Made by a program: the position numbers and the translations under genes. 35,501 nt of DNA from a virus (lineage: Duplodnaviria; Heunggongvirae; Uroviricota; Caudoviricetes): the IMG/VR virus record IMGVR_UViG_2534682003_000005, positions 1 through 35,501 of that record; one strand, given 5' to 3'. Shown here one piece after another: positions 9,570 to 20,936 of the stretch; positions within the stretch are counted from its first letter, which is position 1; each line of letters begins with the position of its first letter. Below the pieces are notes generated by a model. The model was given only the letters and a program-made list of their open reading frames with translations. It was not told the origin of the DNA and did no database searches.

Positions 9570-10010
9570 TTAAAACTCCCCGAGAACCTGGTCAATCTTG
9601 CCGCAGTCAAACACCCACGGCATCGTATTACCGGTTTTAGCGTTGGCATTATCCGGTTGTTTCTGGAACGCAACACTACGTGCCGTGATGATGTCGCCGC
9701 TGACCTTGTTTCGGATCACAATAACGTTATTCCCCCATGTGGCCGAAGACTGGCTCTGTGCGTTATACGCCAGCGACAATTTTTTATTTGTCGGTGATGT
9801 CTTCAGAAGGTTAACGGTAATCGTCCCGCTTTTATCTGCATGGAGACTGTGCATCACTTCGCCATCAGCACCGATGGTCATGGTGTTTTTAGGACCGCCC
9901 ATCGCAACCACAATCCCCTCTTCAGAACTTGCAGAACCGTACCCGAGGTCAATCGAACCGGTCGGCCCGGTCAGCGTCGCAGTGACATCCATAAAAGAAT
10001 AGGTAGACAT
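9570..10010 (-). CDS. Tail tube protein (146 aa)
   Basis: Size and position between sheath and chaperone. Confidence 0.55.
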   Translation of the reverse strand: MSTYSFMDVTATLTGPTGSIDLGYGSASSEEGIVVAMGGPKNTMTIGADGEVMHSLHADKSGTITVNLLKTSPTNKKLSLAYNAQSQSSATWGNNVIVIRNKVSGDIITARSVAFQKQPDNANAKTGNTMPWVFDCGKIDQVLGEF

Positions 10011-10020
10011 TCACTTCCCC

Positions 10021-11166
10021 TTAGCGAACAACGTTAATCTGTACGTCAGCGTAATGAACCGCGCCTGCAAGTTTTATTGCAGCCTGAATCACCGGAGCCT
10101 TACGGGCTTCACGTTCTGATTGTGCCTGTTCATCCAGCGGCTGGGCGTATACGTAATAACCTTTGGGCAGCGTGTCACCTGATGACAACTGGCCAAGGTC
10201 GCCCCCGTTCCATACGCCCGGAGCAATCAGTCCATTCTGAACGGCCTGATCCAGTGATTTTTCAACATTTGATAACAGTCGGGTAATACCGGCTTCAGTC
10301 TGGGGAACTTTCGTGGTGCTGGTATAAAGCAGGTTATAGAGGTTGGTCTGCACATAATTCTGTAACCAGTCCAGGCCGTGGCGTTCATCAAAGAAATCGC
10401 CGTTAGCCATCACTCCCTGCTGGAGGATAGCTGTATCATTCTGGTAGTACACGAACACATTGCAGTTTTTTGCATCAAGTGCCGATGCCTGGCTGACTGT
10501 CAGTGTTTCATACCCGACACCCGGCTCCTGCTTAAACTTGAGCGTAATCGCGGTATTACTGCCATTGAAATTAACCGTGAATGCCCGGCCAAATGCAGAT
10601 AACGCAGCGTATTTATTACCCGATGAATACTGAATAAAACTGCGTGAATATCCGGCGGTTTTCAGTTTTGATGCCAAATCATCTCTGGATGCAGTCTGCA
10701 GGCATTTCTCATCGCTTGTCGTAATCGCCAGAATACGGCTTACAGAAGAGGATTCGATCGCCGCAGCCACTTTCAGCCAGTCTGCATCCGGAATATCTGC
10801 ATCGTCTGCAATCCCCAGCCCATACCATGAAGTATAATCAAGCATGGCATTCACAGCCTGCTCCAGCGTCTCAGGCGTGGCCTGTTCGCTGTCTCCATTC
10901 GTTTTCATCCAACGACCAACAAAAACCTCCTGAGGTTTCGGTGATTGAGAGAAAAACACCTGCGCAGCCTTATATTCTGGTGATTCCACGCCAAAATCTT
11001 TTCCAATATCTTCCGCGGCAGAATAACGGCGAATGCGCTCACTTACCGGAATGATTGTGGACGGGCCGAGAATGAGTAATGCACCAAAATTTCGCCCTGA
11101 TGCTGCACGCGGCGACATGATCACATCAACATTAACAACGTTTGATACAGGCAAGCCCTGTGCCAT
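10021..11166 (-). CDS. Tail sheath protein (381 aa)
   Basis: Size and position upstream of tube gene in a contractile-tail cluster. Confidence 0.55.
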   Translation of the reverse strand: MAQGLPVSNVVNVDVIMSPRAASGRNFGALLILGPSTIIPVSERIRRYSAAEDIGKDFGVESPEYKAAQVFFSQSPKPQEVFVGRWMKTNGDSEQATPETLEQAVNAMLDYTSWYGLGIADDADIPDADWLKVAAAIESSSVSRILAITTSDEKCLQTASRDDLASKLKTAGYSRSFIQYSSGNKYAALSAFGRAFTVNFNGSNTAITLKFKQEPGVGYETLTVSQASALDAKNCNVFVYYQNDTAILQQGVMANGDFFDERHGLDWLQNYVQTNLYNLLYTSTTKVPQTEAGITRLLSNVEKSLDQAVQNGLIAPGVWNGGDLGQLSSGDTLPKGYYVYAQPLDEQAQSEREARKAPVIQAAIKLAGAVHYADVQINVVR

Positions 11167-11169
11167 AGC

Positions 11170-11736
11170 TTAATCTCCGAAAAAGATGACTGGTGCTTCC
11201 ACCAGCGATTTAATACCGTACTCGCGCACAACCTTCCGGCGCAGACGCACCGTCATATCGTAGCGGCGGACCCATTGCTGATTAATAAGTTCAGGGAAGG
11301 GAGTCAGACCTGTGTAATCGCCAAGAGACAGCCCCAGCGCATTCAGTGCTGCATTGTTCTGCGGCACAGATATACCGTCACGAAACCGGGACGCATACAC
11401 CATCCCCGCCGGTCCATAAAACGAAGCCATACACTCAATCGTTTCATGCCGCCAGAGCTGAGAGCCATTATCGGTCTGTCTGGTGAATGCCGGACTGTCA
11501 TCACCTGACCATCCGATAACCCCAAACGCACACCAGTTCGTTTCAACCGGTAGCAGTGGCGGCTGCTCTTTCTGCCAGCGCGGGCGAACCATCCCGGCAG
11601 ACAGGCCGGAAACGTTACGCATCCACTGGCTTAACAGCCTGTCGAGCGCTTCGTCATAATCCGGATCGCCACTGGTTGGTATTAACCATCCGCGCTCTGT
11701 ACTGGTGTTATTGCTCAACCGGAGTTCCCCCATCAA
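11170..11736 (-). CDS. Head-tail joining / tail completion protein (188 aa)
   Basis: Position between capsid and sheath genes. Confidence 0.35.
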   Translation of the reverse strand: MMGELRLSNNTSTERGWLIPTSGDPDYDEALDRLLSQWMRNVSGLSAGMVRPRWQKEQPPLLPVETNWCAFGVIGWSGDDSPAFTRQTDNGSQLWRHETIECMASFYGPAGMVYASRFRDGISVPQNNAALNALGLSLGDYTGLTPFPELINQQWVRRYDMTVRLRRKVVREYGIKSLVEAPVIFFGD

Positions 11737-12097
11737 ACGGCATCAACTCACAATGCGCCTGAACGAATCCGGCCCCATAAGCTGTATACGGGTCGACGAA
11801 GGTCACACGATAATCACGACCCTGATACGTCACGATATCGGCATCACGGCCAGTCTGTCCCTGCGTCAGTCGCTCAGTCGTCACAATCAGAATTGCACCG
11901 CTGATTACCTGCCCTGCCTGCATACGGCGGTTTTCCAGAGAGCGATCAACAGTTACGACTCCGGCAAACTGCTTTTTAACTTCACTGTCGCTGCCGATCC
12001 CGTCCTCATCAACCGTTTGCACTCGGCGTGTTACCCACAAATTGAAGTCGCAAAAATCGGGGTCAAAAAGCACATCTGTTACATCAAGAGTCGGCAT
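11708..12097 (-). CDS. Head-tail joining protein (129 aa)
   Basis: Position; compact operon. Confidence 0.35.
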   Translation of the reverse strand: MPTLDVTDVLFDPDFCDFNLWVTRRVQTVDEDGIGSDSEVKKQFAGVVTVDRSLENRRMQAGQVISGAILIVTTERLTQGQTGRDADIVTYQGRDYRVTFVDPYTAYGAGFVQAHCELMPFDGGTPVEQ

Positions 12098-12638
12098 CTT
12101 TATCCCTCACTACATGGGTAATCGCTCTGCGATATTGCCCGGTGTCAATTAATGGTTTCGCCAGTTCGGTTCCCGGGGATTCGCCAGCAGCACGCCGGGT
12201 AAGTTCCAGTGTTGCCCCCTTGCGCCCCCGACGAGCCCGGGCTTCAACAGTACTGTCAGCAAGCGGCGTAAAGCCGGTAATGGTCATGTAACGCCTGACG
12301 CCATTAGCGGCCAGCGTTCCGGCACGGTTGAGCGCTCTTTCCGCACCCGCCGCATTACCATCAAGCGCAGCCTGCGCCGCTGCTTTGAGCTGCGGCACTG
12401 TCTGTTCTTCTACCGATTTAACGCCGGGGACCAGGTGAGGTCGTGGCGGGATGTTTTGCGCCGGTGAGCCGTATTCGTTGAGGTAACCGATGCTCGCATT
12501 ACCAAACGGAACATCATCCCGCTCGCTGTCTTCCGAAGGGATGCCGACCAGCACATCTTTTTTGGTTAACGACCTGAGCGCATCCAGAATGGCCTGAGCG
12601 TTATCCACCCTCGTTGTTACACCGCTTTTGAAACTCAT
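12084..12638 (-). CDS. Head-tail joining / neck protein (184 aa)
   Basis: Position; compact operon. Confidence 0.35.
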   Translation of the reverse strand: MSFKSGVTTRVDNAQAILDALRSLTKKDVLVGIPSEDSERDDVPFGNASIGYLNEYGSPAQNIPPRPHLVPGVKSVEEQTVPQLKAAAQAALDGNAAGAERALNRAGTLAANGVRRYMTITGFTPLADSTVEARARRGRKGATLELTRRAAGESPGTELAKPLIDTGQYRRAITHVVRDKDADS

Positions 12639-13042
12639 AGCTGGCGACCGCCTGCACCGAACATCGTGATCAACTGATAAAATTCAGCGCCATATCGGGT
12701 GTTATTCCAGAAACCTGCATCAGGATTCAGCGTCGCGCTGGTGTCATAACTGACGCTTACCTTATCCACGGACTTTGAGGACTGAACACCATTGGTTGAA
12801 CCGCCCGGACCACCAGCCAGCATCGCCCAGCTGTCTGCCGCCCAGAGCGTCATGTAGTGCGCAACGAACAACCCGGCAAAGTACGGAAACAACTTTTTCC
12901 CGGTGACGTTTTCGCTCAGCAGTTCATCGGCCAGATTCAGACGAAACTGGATTTGCGCTTCGGGATATTTGGCAGGGTCAGCAAACTGCGGGAAGTCGCG
13001 GCGAAAATCACTTACCGCTGGCAGACTTTGATTCTTTGGCAT
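12635..13042 (-). CDS. Head completion / adaptor protein (135 aa)
   Basis: Position; compact operon. Confidence 0.35.
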   Translation of the reverse strand: MPKNQSLPAVSDFRRDFPQFADPAKYPEAQIQFRLNLADELLSENVTGKKLFPYFAGLFVAHYMTLWAADSWAMLAGGPGGSTNGVQSSKSVDKVSVSYDTSATLNPDAGFWNNTRYGAEFYQLITMFGAGGRQL

Positions 13043-13229
13043 TTTTTACCTCGTTACGCGCGTCTGTGGCTTTGCCAACGGATACTTCCGCGTGCGCACG
13101 AGTGAACCAGTGCGTGGCAACGTCTTCCTCCACTGCATGACGTCCTTTAACAAACTCGCGCCGCGAACCGTCGGGAAGCGTGAGCACAAACGGGGTATGT
13201 ACGTGTATTACTGCATTATTTTTTGCCAT
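13008..13229 (-). CDS. Small structural protein (73 aa)
   Basis: ORF directly downstream of major capsid gene. Confidence 0.3.
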   Translation of the reverse strand: MAKNNAVIHVHTPFVLTLPDGSRREFVKGRHAVEEDVATHWFTRAHAEVSVGKATDARNEVKNAKESKSASGK

Positions 13230-13270
13230 CGGGTCATCCTTAATGGCCCCGCCAGGGGGCCATATGGCTG

Positions 13271-14212
13271 TTAAATGCCATCAACGTACGAAATGGTTTC
13301 TTTGTACACTGGCTCGACTGCACCCAGCTTGCCGTAGTAGGTCGCAATCTGGTACAAACCGCGATACTGCACCGGCACGCTCTGAAGCGGAACCAGCGGG
13401 TAGCGGACGTATTTTTTATCGTTGGTGTACGCAACCATGCGATCCTTATTCCCCACACCACGGCCTTTCAGCCATTTAACCGCGCGGATATTCAGCGGAA
13501 CACCGTTCTGGTGATAGCTGATGGTGTTGGTCTGAAGGTACGTCAACAGGGACTGGTTACCCGCAGATGAAACGATGATGCTGGACAACAGAGCAAACTG
13601 CTCAGGCGGGATCAGCAAATCACGCGGAACCACAGAGTAACCGGAAGCGGCCCACGCATCAGACAGCACCTGGTTAATGCTTGCGCGGATTTCGTCCGGT
13701 GTTGAGGTTGCCCACGTTTTGGCAGCGTTGTTGACAGGAACACCGTTCAGGGTAACAAGGCCTTTCAGGTTTAATGCGGAATCGCCAACATACACCTGTT
13801 CATCGTTATCCATCTGCCATTTCAGTTGCATCCCGTCATACTTCTGCGTATCGATCGGGCGTCCGACCTGCTGAGCAGCCTGCAATTCTATGACCGTCCA
13901 GCCAAGTTCCATCCCCCACAGGTTCAGCGGGTTACCGGATTTGCCGATATCCACGTTTACGCCAGCAATAGCGGTTGAGTCTTTGCCTACCCAGTTTTTG
14001 CCATTCGGATTTGCACCAGTACCCGCAGCGGCGAAGCTGGTATTCGTCCAGCTGGAAATGTCATCTGCGATAGAGACATCTTCACGCAACTGAATATCGC
14101 GGGTCCAGGTGTACCCCACCAGTGGCAGGTTCAGCGTCTGGTCGAGTCGCTCCAGCTCCCCGATGAGAAAGGCACCAGAGCTGTCAACGGTTGCCTGATC
14201 AAAAGTAATCAT
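13271..14212 (-). CDS. Major capsid protein (313 aa)
   Basis: Size and position after scaffold/decoration genes; Mu gpT-like module order. Confidence 0.65.
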   Translation of the reverse strand: MITFDQATVDSSGAFLIGELERLDQTLNLPLVGYTWTRDIQLREDVSIADDISSWTNTSFAAAGTGANPNGKNWVGKDSTAIAGVNVDIGKSGNPLNLWGMELGWTVIELQAAQQVGRPIDTQKYDGMQLKWQMDNDEQVYVGDSALNLKGLVTLNGVPVNNAAKTWATSTPDEIRASINQVLSDAWAASGYSVVPRDLLIPPEQFALLSSIIVSSAGNQSLLTYLQTNTISYHQNGVPLNIRAVKWLKGRGVGNKDRMVAYTNDKKYVRYPLVPLQSVPVQYRGLYQIATYYGKLGAVEPVYKETISYVDGI

Positions 14213-14223
14213 TCGTCTGTTCC

Positions 14224-14730
14224 TTAAATCTTCCAGGAAATTTCTGCATTGCCGTCAGCATCACCGGCACCTGTGAATTCAGCGTTGGTCAGCACCACGT
14301 TTTTGCCACTGACTGACGTGGACATGAATCCACCCAGCGGCACTTTGATGGATTCATCAGTGGAGACGACAACGTATACCGGGTCGCCTTTTTTGATGGT
14401 GCTGGCATCAAAATCAGAACCGAGGTTAACGGTCACGTAGCCACGCTTCATGGCGTCGCCCGGGAAGTTCTTGCCACTCCCCACCTGGCGAACCATGTCC
14501 GGCTGCGACGTGGTAGGATAAGGGCGCACGTAGATCCCCTTCACCTTGTCTGCGGTATCACCATCTGCCAGCGGCACGAAAAAACCGTCATCATCGTATT
14601 TACCAGCCAGCCCATAGGCAGCGAAGGCGTTATCGGATTTAAGGACCACCGGTTCGACGGTTAAGTCCTGCGGGCGAGAGACAGCCCCGGTAATGCCAAC
14701 AGGCATCCGGTACAGAAATACATTATTCAT
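14224..14730 (-). CDS. Capsid scaffold/decoration-type structural protein (168 aa)
   Basis: Position between protease/scaffold and capsid genes. Confidence 0.4.
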   Translation of the reverse strand: MNNVFLYRMPVGITGAVSRPQDLTVEPVVLKSDNAFAAYGLAGKYDDDGFFVPLADGDTADKVKGIYVRPYPTTSQPDMVRQVGSGKNFPGDAMKRGYVTVNLGSDFDASTIKKGDPVYVVVSTDESIKVPLGGFMSTSVSGKNVVLTNAEFTGAGDADGNAEISWKI

Positions 14731-14733
14731 TTT

Positions 14734-15954
14734 TTACCCTTTACGGTTTGCCCAGAATTCAGCGTTTTGTTTGTTCAGGGAAGCGATACTGGTCATGCCC
14801 ATGTTTAGGCGCTGTGCATCGCCGGTGGTGGCGCGGGTGTTTCGCCCTTTGGCAATTTCAGACACGGCATTAAACGCCATGTCGACCGATTGTTTCGGTA
14901 ATTTGCGGATATCCGCATCACCGACTATCTGGCGAACCAGCGTTTTGTCAGCAGAAGCCAGAACCTCACGTTTGAACGCGGTCGGTTTCATCTTACGGCT
15001 CAGATCGATACCCGGAACGATAACTTCGGCACGCCAGGCTGAGTCACCAGTAATCGTGGTTTCCTCTTCATCGTCCTCGCCGTCACCGGTCGGATTATCG
15101 TCAGGCTTATTGTCGTTATCGCCCGTCGCATTTCCTTCCAGCTTAGCCAGCAGGGCTTTCAGTAATGTTTTGAGGTCATCATCACTGTCGCCGGTTGGAC
15201 CTCCGCCCATCTCTGGTGCTTTGTCCGGTAGCGGTTGCTGCGGGGACAGGTTGATGTTGAGATTAACGCCCTGCGGCAAATCCCCCTCATCTCCTGTAAC
15301 CGATGCGGGAGCCGACTCCACCAGTTCGTTCATGGTGTCAGCGTCACCCGTTTTGATGGCCGTGCGCATGCGGGTCCACCAGCTTTTCTTTTGATTTGCC
15401 ATTGTGTCTCTGTCTCCAATTGCACAACGATTTCCGGCTCTGCCTTTAGGGACAAGAGCCACATGGTTTCCGGTAATATCGACCTGCCCGGCTTTACCTG
15501 GCTCGGTCTGCTCGTACTCCGCGTCATAGCCACACGACACTTCACGCAGGCCATCTTCGATAAGCTGAATAGCGCTTTCGTCTTTGACGATAAGGTCAGC
15601 CAGCATCAAATCAGACTGGTTACCAGTCCCGCGCCGCACATTCTGAAGATGCCCGACAGCAAGCTCTTTCCAGTTCTCGGGATTTACCAGCCGCACATTC
15701 CCGTTTTCATCTTCAGGATGCAGGATCGTGATGCTCATCCCTTCGAATGAGGCGAGCGTGGCCGGATGGAATACCTGCTCAGGAGAACGCGTTACGACTA
15801 TCTCACCGAGCTTGTCGGGTTTGAGGTTTGGCAGATCGGCAGCGCCGTAGAGCTGCTTACCCGTTCGACCTATCGGCACGTCTTTGCACAGCAGCGAGCC
15901 GTCAGCCAGCTGATAGCGGGTTTCCCCCAGCCGGGTATTGAAAAAATATTTCAT
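14734..15954 (-). CDS. Prohead protease/scaffold-like protein (406 aa)
   Basis: Position after F-like gene; acidic Asp/Glu-rich linker; Mu gpI-like placement. Confidence 0.45.
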   Translation of the reverse strand: MKYFFNTRLGETRYQLADGSLLCKDVPIGRTGKQLYGAADLPNLKPDKLGEIVVTRSPEQVFHPATLASFEGMSITILHPEDENGNVRLVNPENWKELAVGHLQNVRRGTGNQSDLMLADLIVKDESAIQLIEDGLREVSCGYDAEYEQTEPGKAGQVDITGNHVALVPKGRAGNRCAIGDRDTMANQKKSWWTRMRTAIKTGDADTMNELVESAPASVTGDEGDLPQGVNLNINLSPQQPLPDKAPEMGGGPTGDSDDDLKTLLKALLAKLEGNATGDNDNKPDDNPTGDGEDDEEETTITGDSAWRAEVIVPGIDLSRKMKPTAFKREVLASADKTLVRQIVGDADIRKLPKQSVDMAFNAVSEIAKGRNTRATTGDAQRLNMGMTSIASLNKQNAEFWANRKG

Positions 15955-15968
15955 GGTTTACCTGCGAT

Positions 15969-16742
15969 TCAGGCGAGATAAGAATGAGGGTTGGGGAAGA
16001 CGATTTCTTTGTAACAGCGGCAGTTCGGCAGCTCACCAGCGTGACCGGTCATACCGTCAAGCGTTGGAGGTCGGCCCCATTCGACAAACTTACCTTCCAT
16101 CTCCCGATGAGAATGCCGGACGTCGCCATCTTCGGCTGTACGCCAGATATAACCATTCGAGCCGATTGACAGCGCACGCGCCTGATCGAGCGCGCCGGTT
16201 GCGCGTCCAAGCTCGGTACGGGCGATAAGGTTCGCTCGTGAGCGTGACACGTCACCGGACGCAGCTATCTCTTTCGCGAATGGCTCAGCGCGGCCACCAG
16301 TCACAACGGCCTCGATGGCTTTGTTCTGAATGTCATACACCCGATCGGCGGCCTCAAGAGGTAGCGATTTGATGTACTTAATCTGCTCGGCAACGATGGA
16401 TTTCATCACCTGGCCTACCGGGGCGCGGTCAACCATGTTGCGCAGCTCTGCACTGATGTTCCGGCTGTGCTGACGCCACTGCTTTTCATTCTGGCGCGCA
16501 ATGTCGGCGGTAAAGTTCTCAGCAACCTTCGTCGCCCAGGGGGTGATGATTTCGCTGTAGCGCTCCAGCGCATCCATGATTTCGGTGACGCTATCGTTTG
16601 AACCATCGTAGCGCCCATTTACGATATCCCCGACCGCCCGCGCTATCTGCCGTAGGCTCGTTCGATATCGGATCTCCGCCTGGCGACTCTGGCGGGTTGT
16701 CGCCAAGTTCGCCGATGCCTGGCGGCGCTTCGTCTTCGGCAT
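15969..16742 (-). CDS. Head morphogenesis protein, Mu F-like (257 aa)
   Basis: F-like family features; ATG at 16742 has a GAGGA SD but overlaps the portal 3' end by 152 nt; alternative start at 16577. Confidence 0.55.
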   Translation of the reverse strand: MPKTKRRQASANLATTRQSRQAEIRYRTSLRQIARAVGDIVNGRYDGSNDSVTEIMDALERYSEIITPWATKVAENFTADIARQNEKQWRQHSRNISAELRNMVDRAPVGQVMKSIVAEQIKYIKSLPLEAADRVYDIQNKAIEAVVTGGRAEPFAKEIAASGDVSRSRANLIARTELGRATGALDQARALSIGSNGYIWRTAEDGDVRHSHREMEGKFVEWGRPPTLDGMTGHAGELPNCRCYKEIVFPNPHSYLA

Positions 16743-18060
16743 TCTCTATGTCCTCGTCGGTAATGGATGCCCCGATGCCGGTGACGTCAGAGTTTTCGCG
16801 CAGGTCGGTCATTGCCGCCTTACGCGTCATCAATCCGTCGCCCAGCGCGGTGCTGATCGCGTTGGTGGTGTTTACGGCCACCGTTGAGCGGTCAACGTCA
16901 GACATTTGCCATAGCGGGTTAAACTCAAACGTGAAATCGTCCGGCAGTGGCTTACCGAGTTCCGAGCGGTGCATAATGTCCAGTATCCGGCGCATCGGCA
17001 GCCGTAAGCGGCGCTCCTGCAATGAGCTCACCCGGTCGTAATAGTTGGCAAGATCTGCATCACCGGTAGAAAATCCTTTCGGGGACTGTCCGAACAACCG
17101 CACCAGTGGGATACCAACAGCGCCACTAATCTGTTCTGCAAACTGTGATAGGATGTCATCCAGACCACTGAAGCTGTACTGATGCGTTTCAAACTTATCC
17201 CGCGAGTCCATGAGCGTCATGCCTTCATTGCTCTGGAACTGTCGAATCAGGTCGATATTCTTCAGCAACGCTTCATACGCAGGACCACCAAGTGCGATAA
17301 GCTCGCGTAGCTTCTCCACGCTGTAGGTACGCAAATGCGCTTTGTAGACCAGCTGCGCCGCGCCGACAGTAGCGCTGTCGAACGCGGTAAGACGATCCCA
17401 GATACGCTCTACAACCGACATTCCCCATTCGTTCTCGGTCATCTTCTGCTGAAATGGCAGCGTGACGCCATCAAAGCGAATCAGTCGACTGTGATGGATG
17501 CGCCAGGCTGGAATGCCCGTGGCAGTGGTCACCACGTCGTAAAACTCAGGTTTGCCGAGATCCGGCCCCATCTCTTTAATGCGGCGGGTCAGGACCGGGT
17601 TAATCATCCAGCGGTCGAGCGGGAGAATGCCCTTAAACTTGCCTTCTCCAATGGTTTCGAGCCGCAGCGGGGTCATTGGTGCCTGCCCCTCGATCATGAT
17701 GAAGCCGACCGCGCCGCCGTAGAGGCGCGACCATTTCAGCACGTCGTTCAGCGCATCCCAGATCTGCAACTCATCCAGCTGCGCTTCCAGGGTGCCACGG
17801 TCTTTGGCGTCAATCTCCGAAGTGATGCGAATGCCTTTCCGGGTCATATCGTCCGGGATAGCGTCGACCGCTTCGCCGATGATCCAGGACGAACGATAGG
17901 ACCATTCCACCAGCATGCGGTTGCGGCTGGTGAAGTTAGCCCGGTAGGTCGATGCTGAGTGCTGGTTAGGCGTCTGTATCCCTACGCGGGCAATAAAATT
18001 CTCATAACCATCAGCTGTGGCCTGCGCAGTTCGCCGCAGGGCTTGTTTGTTTCGTGCCAT
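16591..18060 (-). CDS. Portal protein (489 aa)
   Basis: Size and position immediately downstream of terminase large subunit. Confidence 0.7.
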   Translation of the reverse strand: MARNKQALRRTAQATADGYENFIARVGIQTPNQHSASTYRANFTSRNRMLVEWSYRSSWIIGEAVDAIPDDMTRKGIRITSEIDAKDRGTLEAQLDELQIWDALNDVLKWSRLYGGAVGFIMIEGQAPMTPLRLETIGEGKFKGILPLDRWMINPVLTRRIKEMGPDLGKPEFYDVVTTATGIPAWRIHHSRLIRFDGVTLPFQQKMTENEWGMSVVERIWDRLTAFDSATVGAAQLVYKAHLRTYSVEKLRELIALGGPAYEALLKNIDLIRQFQSNEGMTLMDSRDKFETHQYSFSGLDDILSQFAEQISGAVGIPLVRLFGQSPKGFSTGDADLANYYDRVSSLQERRLRLPMRRILDIMHRSELGKPLPDDFTFEFNPLWQMSDVDRSTVAVNTTNAISTALGDGLMTRKAAMTDLRENSDVTGIGASITDEDIENAEDEAPPGIGELGDNPPESPGGDPISNEPTADSAGGRGYRKWALRWFKR

Positions 18061-19682
18061 CAGGCCTGTCTCCCTAGCAGCTCCCAGATGTTCAGGGCTG
18101 AATTCATTGGGGCATAGTTGATCATCACCGAGTCGGCAAGGTTTGGCGATCGGGTTCCATCAGGCTGTTTATCAATAACGATTTTTCCCACACCATTAAT
18201 GGAATAGGTCGGCTGCGAAAGCTCGATGATGAGTTTATCTTTGAGTGCCATGCTACTGCTGATTGAGATGATTTCGTCCGGGTTGTAAGCCATACCTTCA
18301 ACCACGGCGCGCCAGGTATTCTGAAAAAGTTTACGTAACCGCCACCAGCTCTGGGCTTTGGCGTTAGCGAAGAAGTCCTTGTTCAGACGTGCGGCTTGCC
18401 CGTTGTCCCCGCGAACAGCTTCATCATCCGGATCAAATACCGCGCCACTACCTCGAAACGGTGTGGCGAGTATTGACGGTCGGCGCGCAGCGTTACGCAG
18501 TTCGTTGATAGCGCGTGCATCGCCGCGAACGCCAGCGCCCAGCCCGTCCTCGTCAAAGCGAAACTCTTCGAGGTTGTCCTGTTCGCAAAAGCCGAAAACC
18601 TTCTCGACGGACTGATAAATGTCGCTGCCCACACCGGACCATTCCCGCACATTCTCCAGGAGGAAGCCATGACGGGTGGAAAAGGCATTTTTGTCCCTGC
18701 CTTCGTCGGCGACATCCATCGCGCCAAGTCGTTTGCCTGTTGGCTGGATCCCCAGTTTGATATGCGCATCAACGGCAGCCTGTACCCATTCGGATGGAAT
18801 CAGGACGCCTTCCGCTGATGCGCTGTAGTTCAGATCAAGTTCCTGTGCCACCACCACCGGATTATCGATTTTCTCGCATTCCCTGCGATACCACTCTTCA
18901 TCCTTGCGAGGATCATCCCGCCAGTGGAATGTGAATACCGGTATCTTCCCGCCATGACGCTTCTGAGCGAACGGGTTCGCCATGCCATTAACTGAACTCA
19001 GGTCAATACGGCAACGCGTCGTTTGTGACAATGCCGCATCAATCAGCAGAGGACGCTGAAGGAATGCAGCCTCATCAACAAGATAAAGCGTGGTACGGTC
19101 ACCACGACCAATATTATCGCCAGCCTCGCCTTTGATAACGGCACCAGTTTCAGGAAACTCAACACGCATATATGGCGCGTGCTTCTTCTCGCTCCACGAA
19201 CCGCGAAACTCTACAGGTAGTGTTTCCACGAACTTGCGCGCCTTCCAGAACAATGCTTTCGGGTCACCGGTGCTGTCGACGTATTCCTCTTTACGGGAGC
19301 CGAAACCGATAACCATTTCTTTGTTGAAGAGACAAAGCGAGCAGGCCAGTCCGATCGCGGTCCAACTGAGCCCCATTTCACGGGATTTTTCGGTAATACC
19401 ATTCTCCCGATTGCCCCAGCGTTCCATAATCCAGTGGATCCACTCCTCCTGCTTAGGGAAGAGTAAAAACGGAATGGTCACCGGCAGGCCATAATCAATA
19501 TTACGCGGGTCCGTTGTCATGCCCCAGTCGATGATGAACTGAGCCGGATTGGTTCGGTAAAACTGTTTTAGTGCAGGCAATATTTCAGGATTCTGGCGAA
19601 TGCGCTGTAAGCGTTCCATCCGCCATTCAAAAACCATCTGGTAATCAGGATGTTTAAAATCGAAGGGGAATGGTAACGGCAT
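18060..19682 (-). CDS. Terminase large subunit (540 aa)
   Basis: Size, position after terminase small subunit, terminase-like sequence. Confidence 0.85.
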   Translation of the reverse strand: MPLPFPFDFKHPDYQMVFEWRMERLQRIRQNPEILPALKQFYRTNPAQFIIDWGMTTDPRNIDYGLPVTIPFLLFPKQEEWIHWIMERWGNRENGITEKSREMGLSWTAIGLACSLCLFNKEMVIGFGSRKEEYVDSTGDPKALFWKARKFVETLPVEFRGSWSEKKHAPYMRVEFPETGAVIKGEAGDNIGRGDRTTLYLVDEAAFLQRPLLIDAALSQTTRCRIDLSSVNGMANPFAQKRHGGKIPVFTFHWRDDPRKDEEWYRRECEKIDNPVVVAQELDLNYSASAEGVLIPSEWVQAAVDAHIKLGIQPTGKRLGAMDVADEGRDKNAFSTRHGFLLENVREWSGVGSDIYQSVEKVFGFCEQDNLEEFRFDEDGLGAGVRGDARAINELRNAARRPSILATPFRGSGAVFDPDDEAVRGDNGQAARLNKDFFANAKAQSWWRLRKLFQNTWRAVVEGMAYNPDEIISISSSMALKDKLIIELSQPTYSINGVGKIVIDKQPDGTRSPNLADSVMINYAPMNSALNIWELLGRQA

Positions 19683-19684
19683 AC

Positions 19685-20236
19685 TTAGCCCATCATTTTT
19701 CTATACGCCTCTGCAGCCTGCTCCGGCGTTAAGTTGGTAATTTCTGTTCTGACTGGTCCTCCATCAGCGCCAGTCACTTCATTTTTGACGTTGTCTTTAA
19801 ACGCCTGAACAGAAACATGACGCCCAAGCAACTCAAGGTTTTTAACCTTATCAGGCCATTTGATTTTCTTCAGAAGTGCGGCGCTATCTGCGGATACCAT
19901 CTCCACGACATCCATTCCTGATAGCGTTGTGCGCCATACCTTAGGCCAGTCTTTAATGGGCTTTAGCTCACCGTTTTGCAGGAGAATGTCGAGCACATCC
20001 ATCTGGTCGATTTCAATAAGGCGATTAAGTACATATTCTGCATTAATACCAACAAGATCATTGCGTTGCGCTTTCAGTTCAGCGATTCTGAATTGTATGT
20101 CAGGTTTTGACAGGTTTTCGGATGCGGTACGGTTAGCTGTCTTTGCGCTGTACCCCGCCCGAATAGCCGCTTGCGTGGCGTTTAAATCGATGAGGTACTC
20201 GCGACAGAACATTTCTTGCTTGTCGGTGAGTGCCAT
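19685..20236 (-). CDS. Terminase small subunit (183 aa)
   Basis: N-terminus [34 protein letters not shown] is the typical small-terminase helix-turn-helix signature. Confidence 0.8.
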   Translation of the reverse strand: MALTDKQEMFCREYLIDLNATQAAIRAGYSAKTANRTASENLSKPDIQFRIAELKAQRNDLVGINAEYVLNRLIEIDQMDVLDILLQNGELKPIKDWPKVWRTTLSGMDVVEMVSADSAALLKKIKWPDKVKNLELLGRHVSVQAFKDNVKNEVTGADGGPVRTEITNLTPEQAAEAYRKMMG

Positions 20237-20255
20237 TGATATACCTGAGGAAATT

Positions 20256-20804
20256 ATGAAGTTAGAAGATTTCGCAGCTTATAACCGCCCTCAATCGAAG
20301 GTGTCCGATGAGAGGAAATTTCTTGATTACATTCACAGTCGGAACAGATGGGTTGAGTTTATCAAAAGCATCGATAACGCAAAGCCAGTATCAATTGCCA
20401 TGAAAAATTCATTCCATAGTCAATGGGTTGAGTCTGGGGCCTTTATACGTGAAAAGATCAACGACGACTCAATTCTCCTCAAACTATTAACGCTCTTATT
20501 GCCAACATATGATGGTGACAGCCTTGTACTTTATCGGGGGGAAAATAAAGACAGGTTCGATAAAGGGCTCATTGGATTTTGCTGGACAACGGACATTTCA
20601 GTCGCCGAGAAGTTTGGTCGTGGATTGAATGCATACAAATCACCAGGTTTGCTGTTAAGAGCTGAAGCTCCAGCCTGTTCTATATTAGCTGGCCCCAATG
20701 CCCACAGTCGTTATCTTGGTGAAAATGAGTTCACGGTTAACCCCTCGCGTCTTTCAAACATAACCGTTATTGAAACCTATCCGGACAACTCTTTTTTCAA
20801 ATGA
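20256..20804 (+). CDS. Moron: hypothetical 182-aa protein with candidate ADP-ribosyltransferase-like R / T-T-D / E-x-E motifs
   Basis: Opposite strand to all late genes; ATG at 20256 with GAGG SD; AT-rich by eye; motifs YRG (R94), TTD (111-113), ENE (156-158) read from translation; occupies the locus where lambda carries bor. Confidence 0.55.
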   Translation: MKLEDFAAYNRPQSKVSDERKFLDYIHSRNRWVEFIKSIDNAKPVSIAMKNSFHSQWVESGAFIREKINDDSILLKLLTLLLPTYDGDSLVLYRGENKDRFDKGLIGFCWTTDISVAEKFGRGLNAYKSPGLLLRAEAPACSILAGPNAHSRYLGENEFTVNPSRLSNITVIETYPDNSFFK

Positions 20805-20936
20805 TGAATAAATAGATGCCCTATACTTCACCCGCCACTGGTACGCCGTTTCGATGGCCTCCCAGTCCGGTTTTGCCATGAATTTTTCCTCTTAGTGACA
20901 TTATCGAAGCCCCTTATCAAAGGAGCTTCTGTAATG

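Noticed and set aside
14693-15394. 233-aa plus-strand ORF antisense to the protease/scaffold gene
   Set aside because: Ser/Pro-rich low-complexity translation; no RBS; shadow of the Asp/Glu-rich linker on the coding strand
17335-17958. 207-aa plus-strand ORF antisense to the portal gene
   Set aside because: Fully contained in the portal coding region on the opposite strand; no independent support
19860-20255. Upstream extension of the plus-strand moron ORF (track start at 19860, 314 aa)
   Set aside because: That part is antisense to the terminase small subunit gene; a good SD and ATG at 20256 just outside terS gives a more parsimonious 182-aa gene
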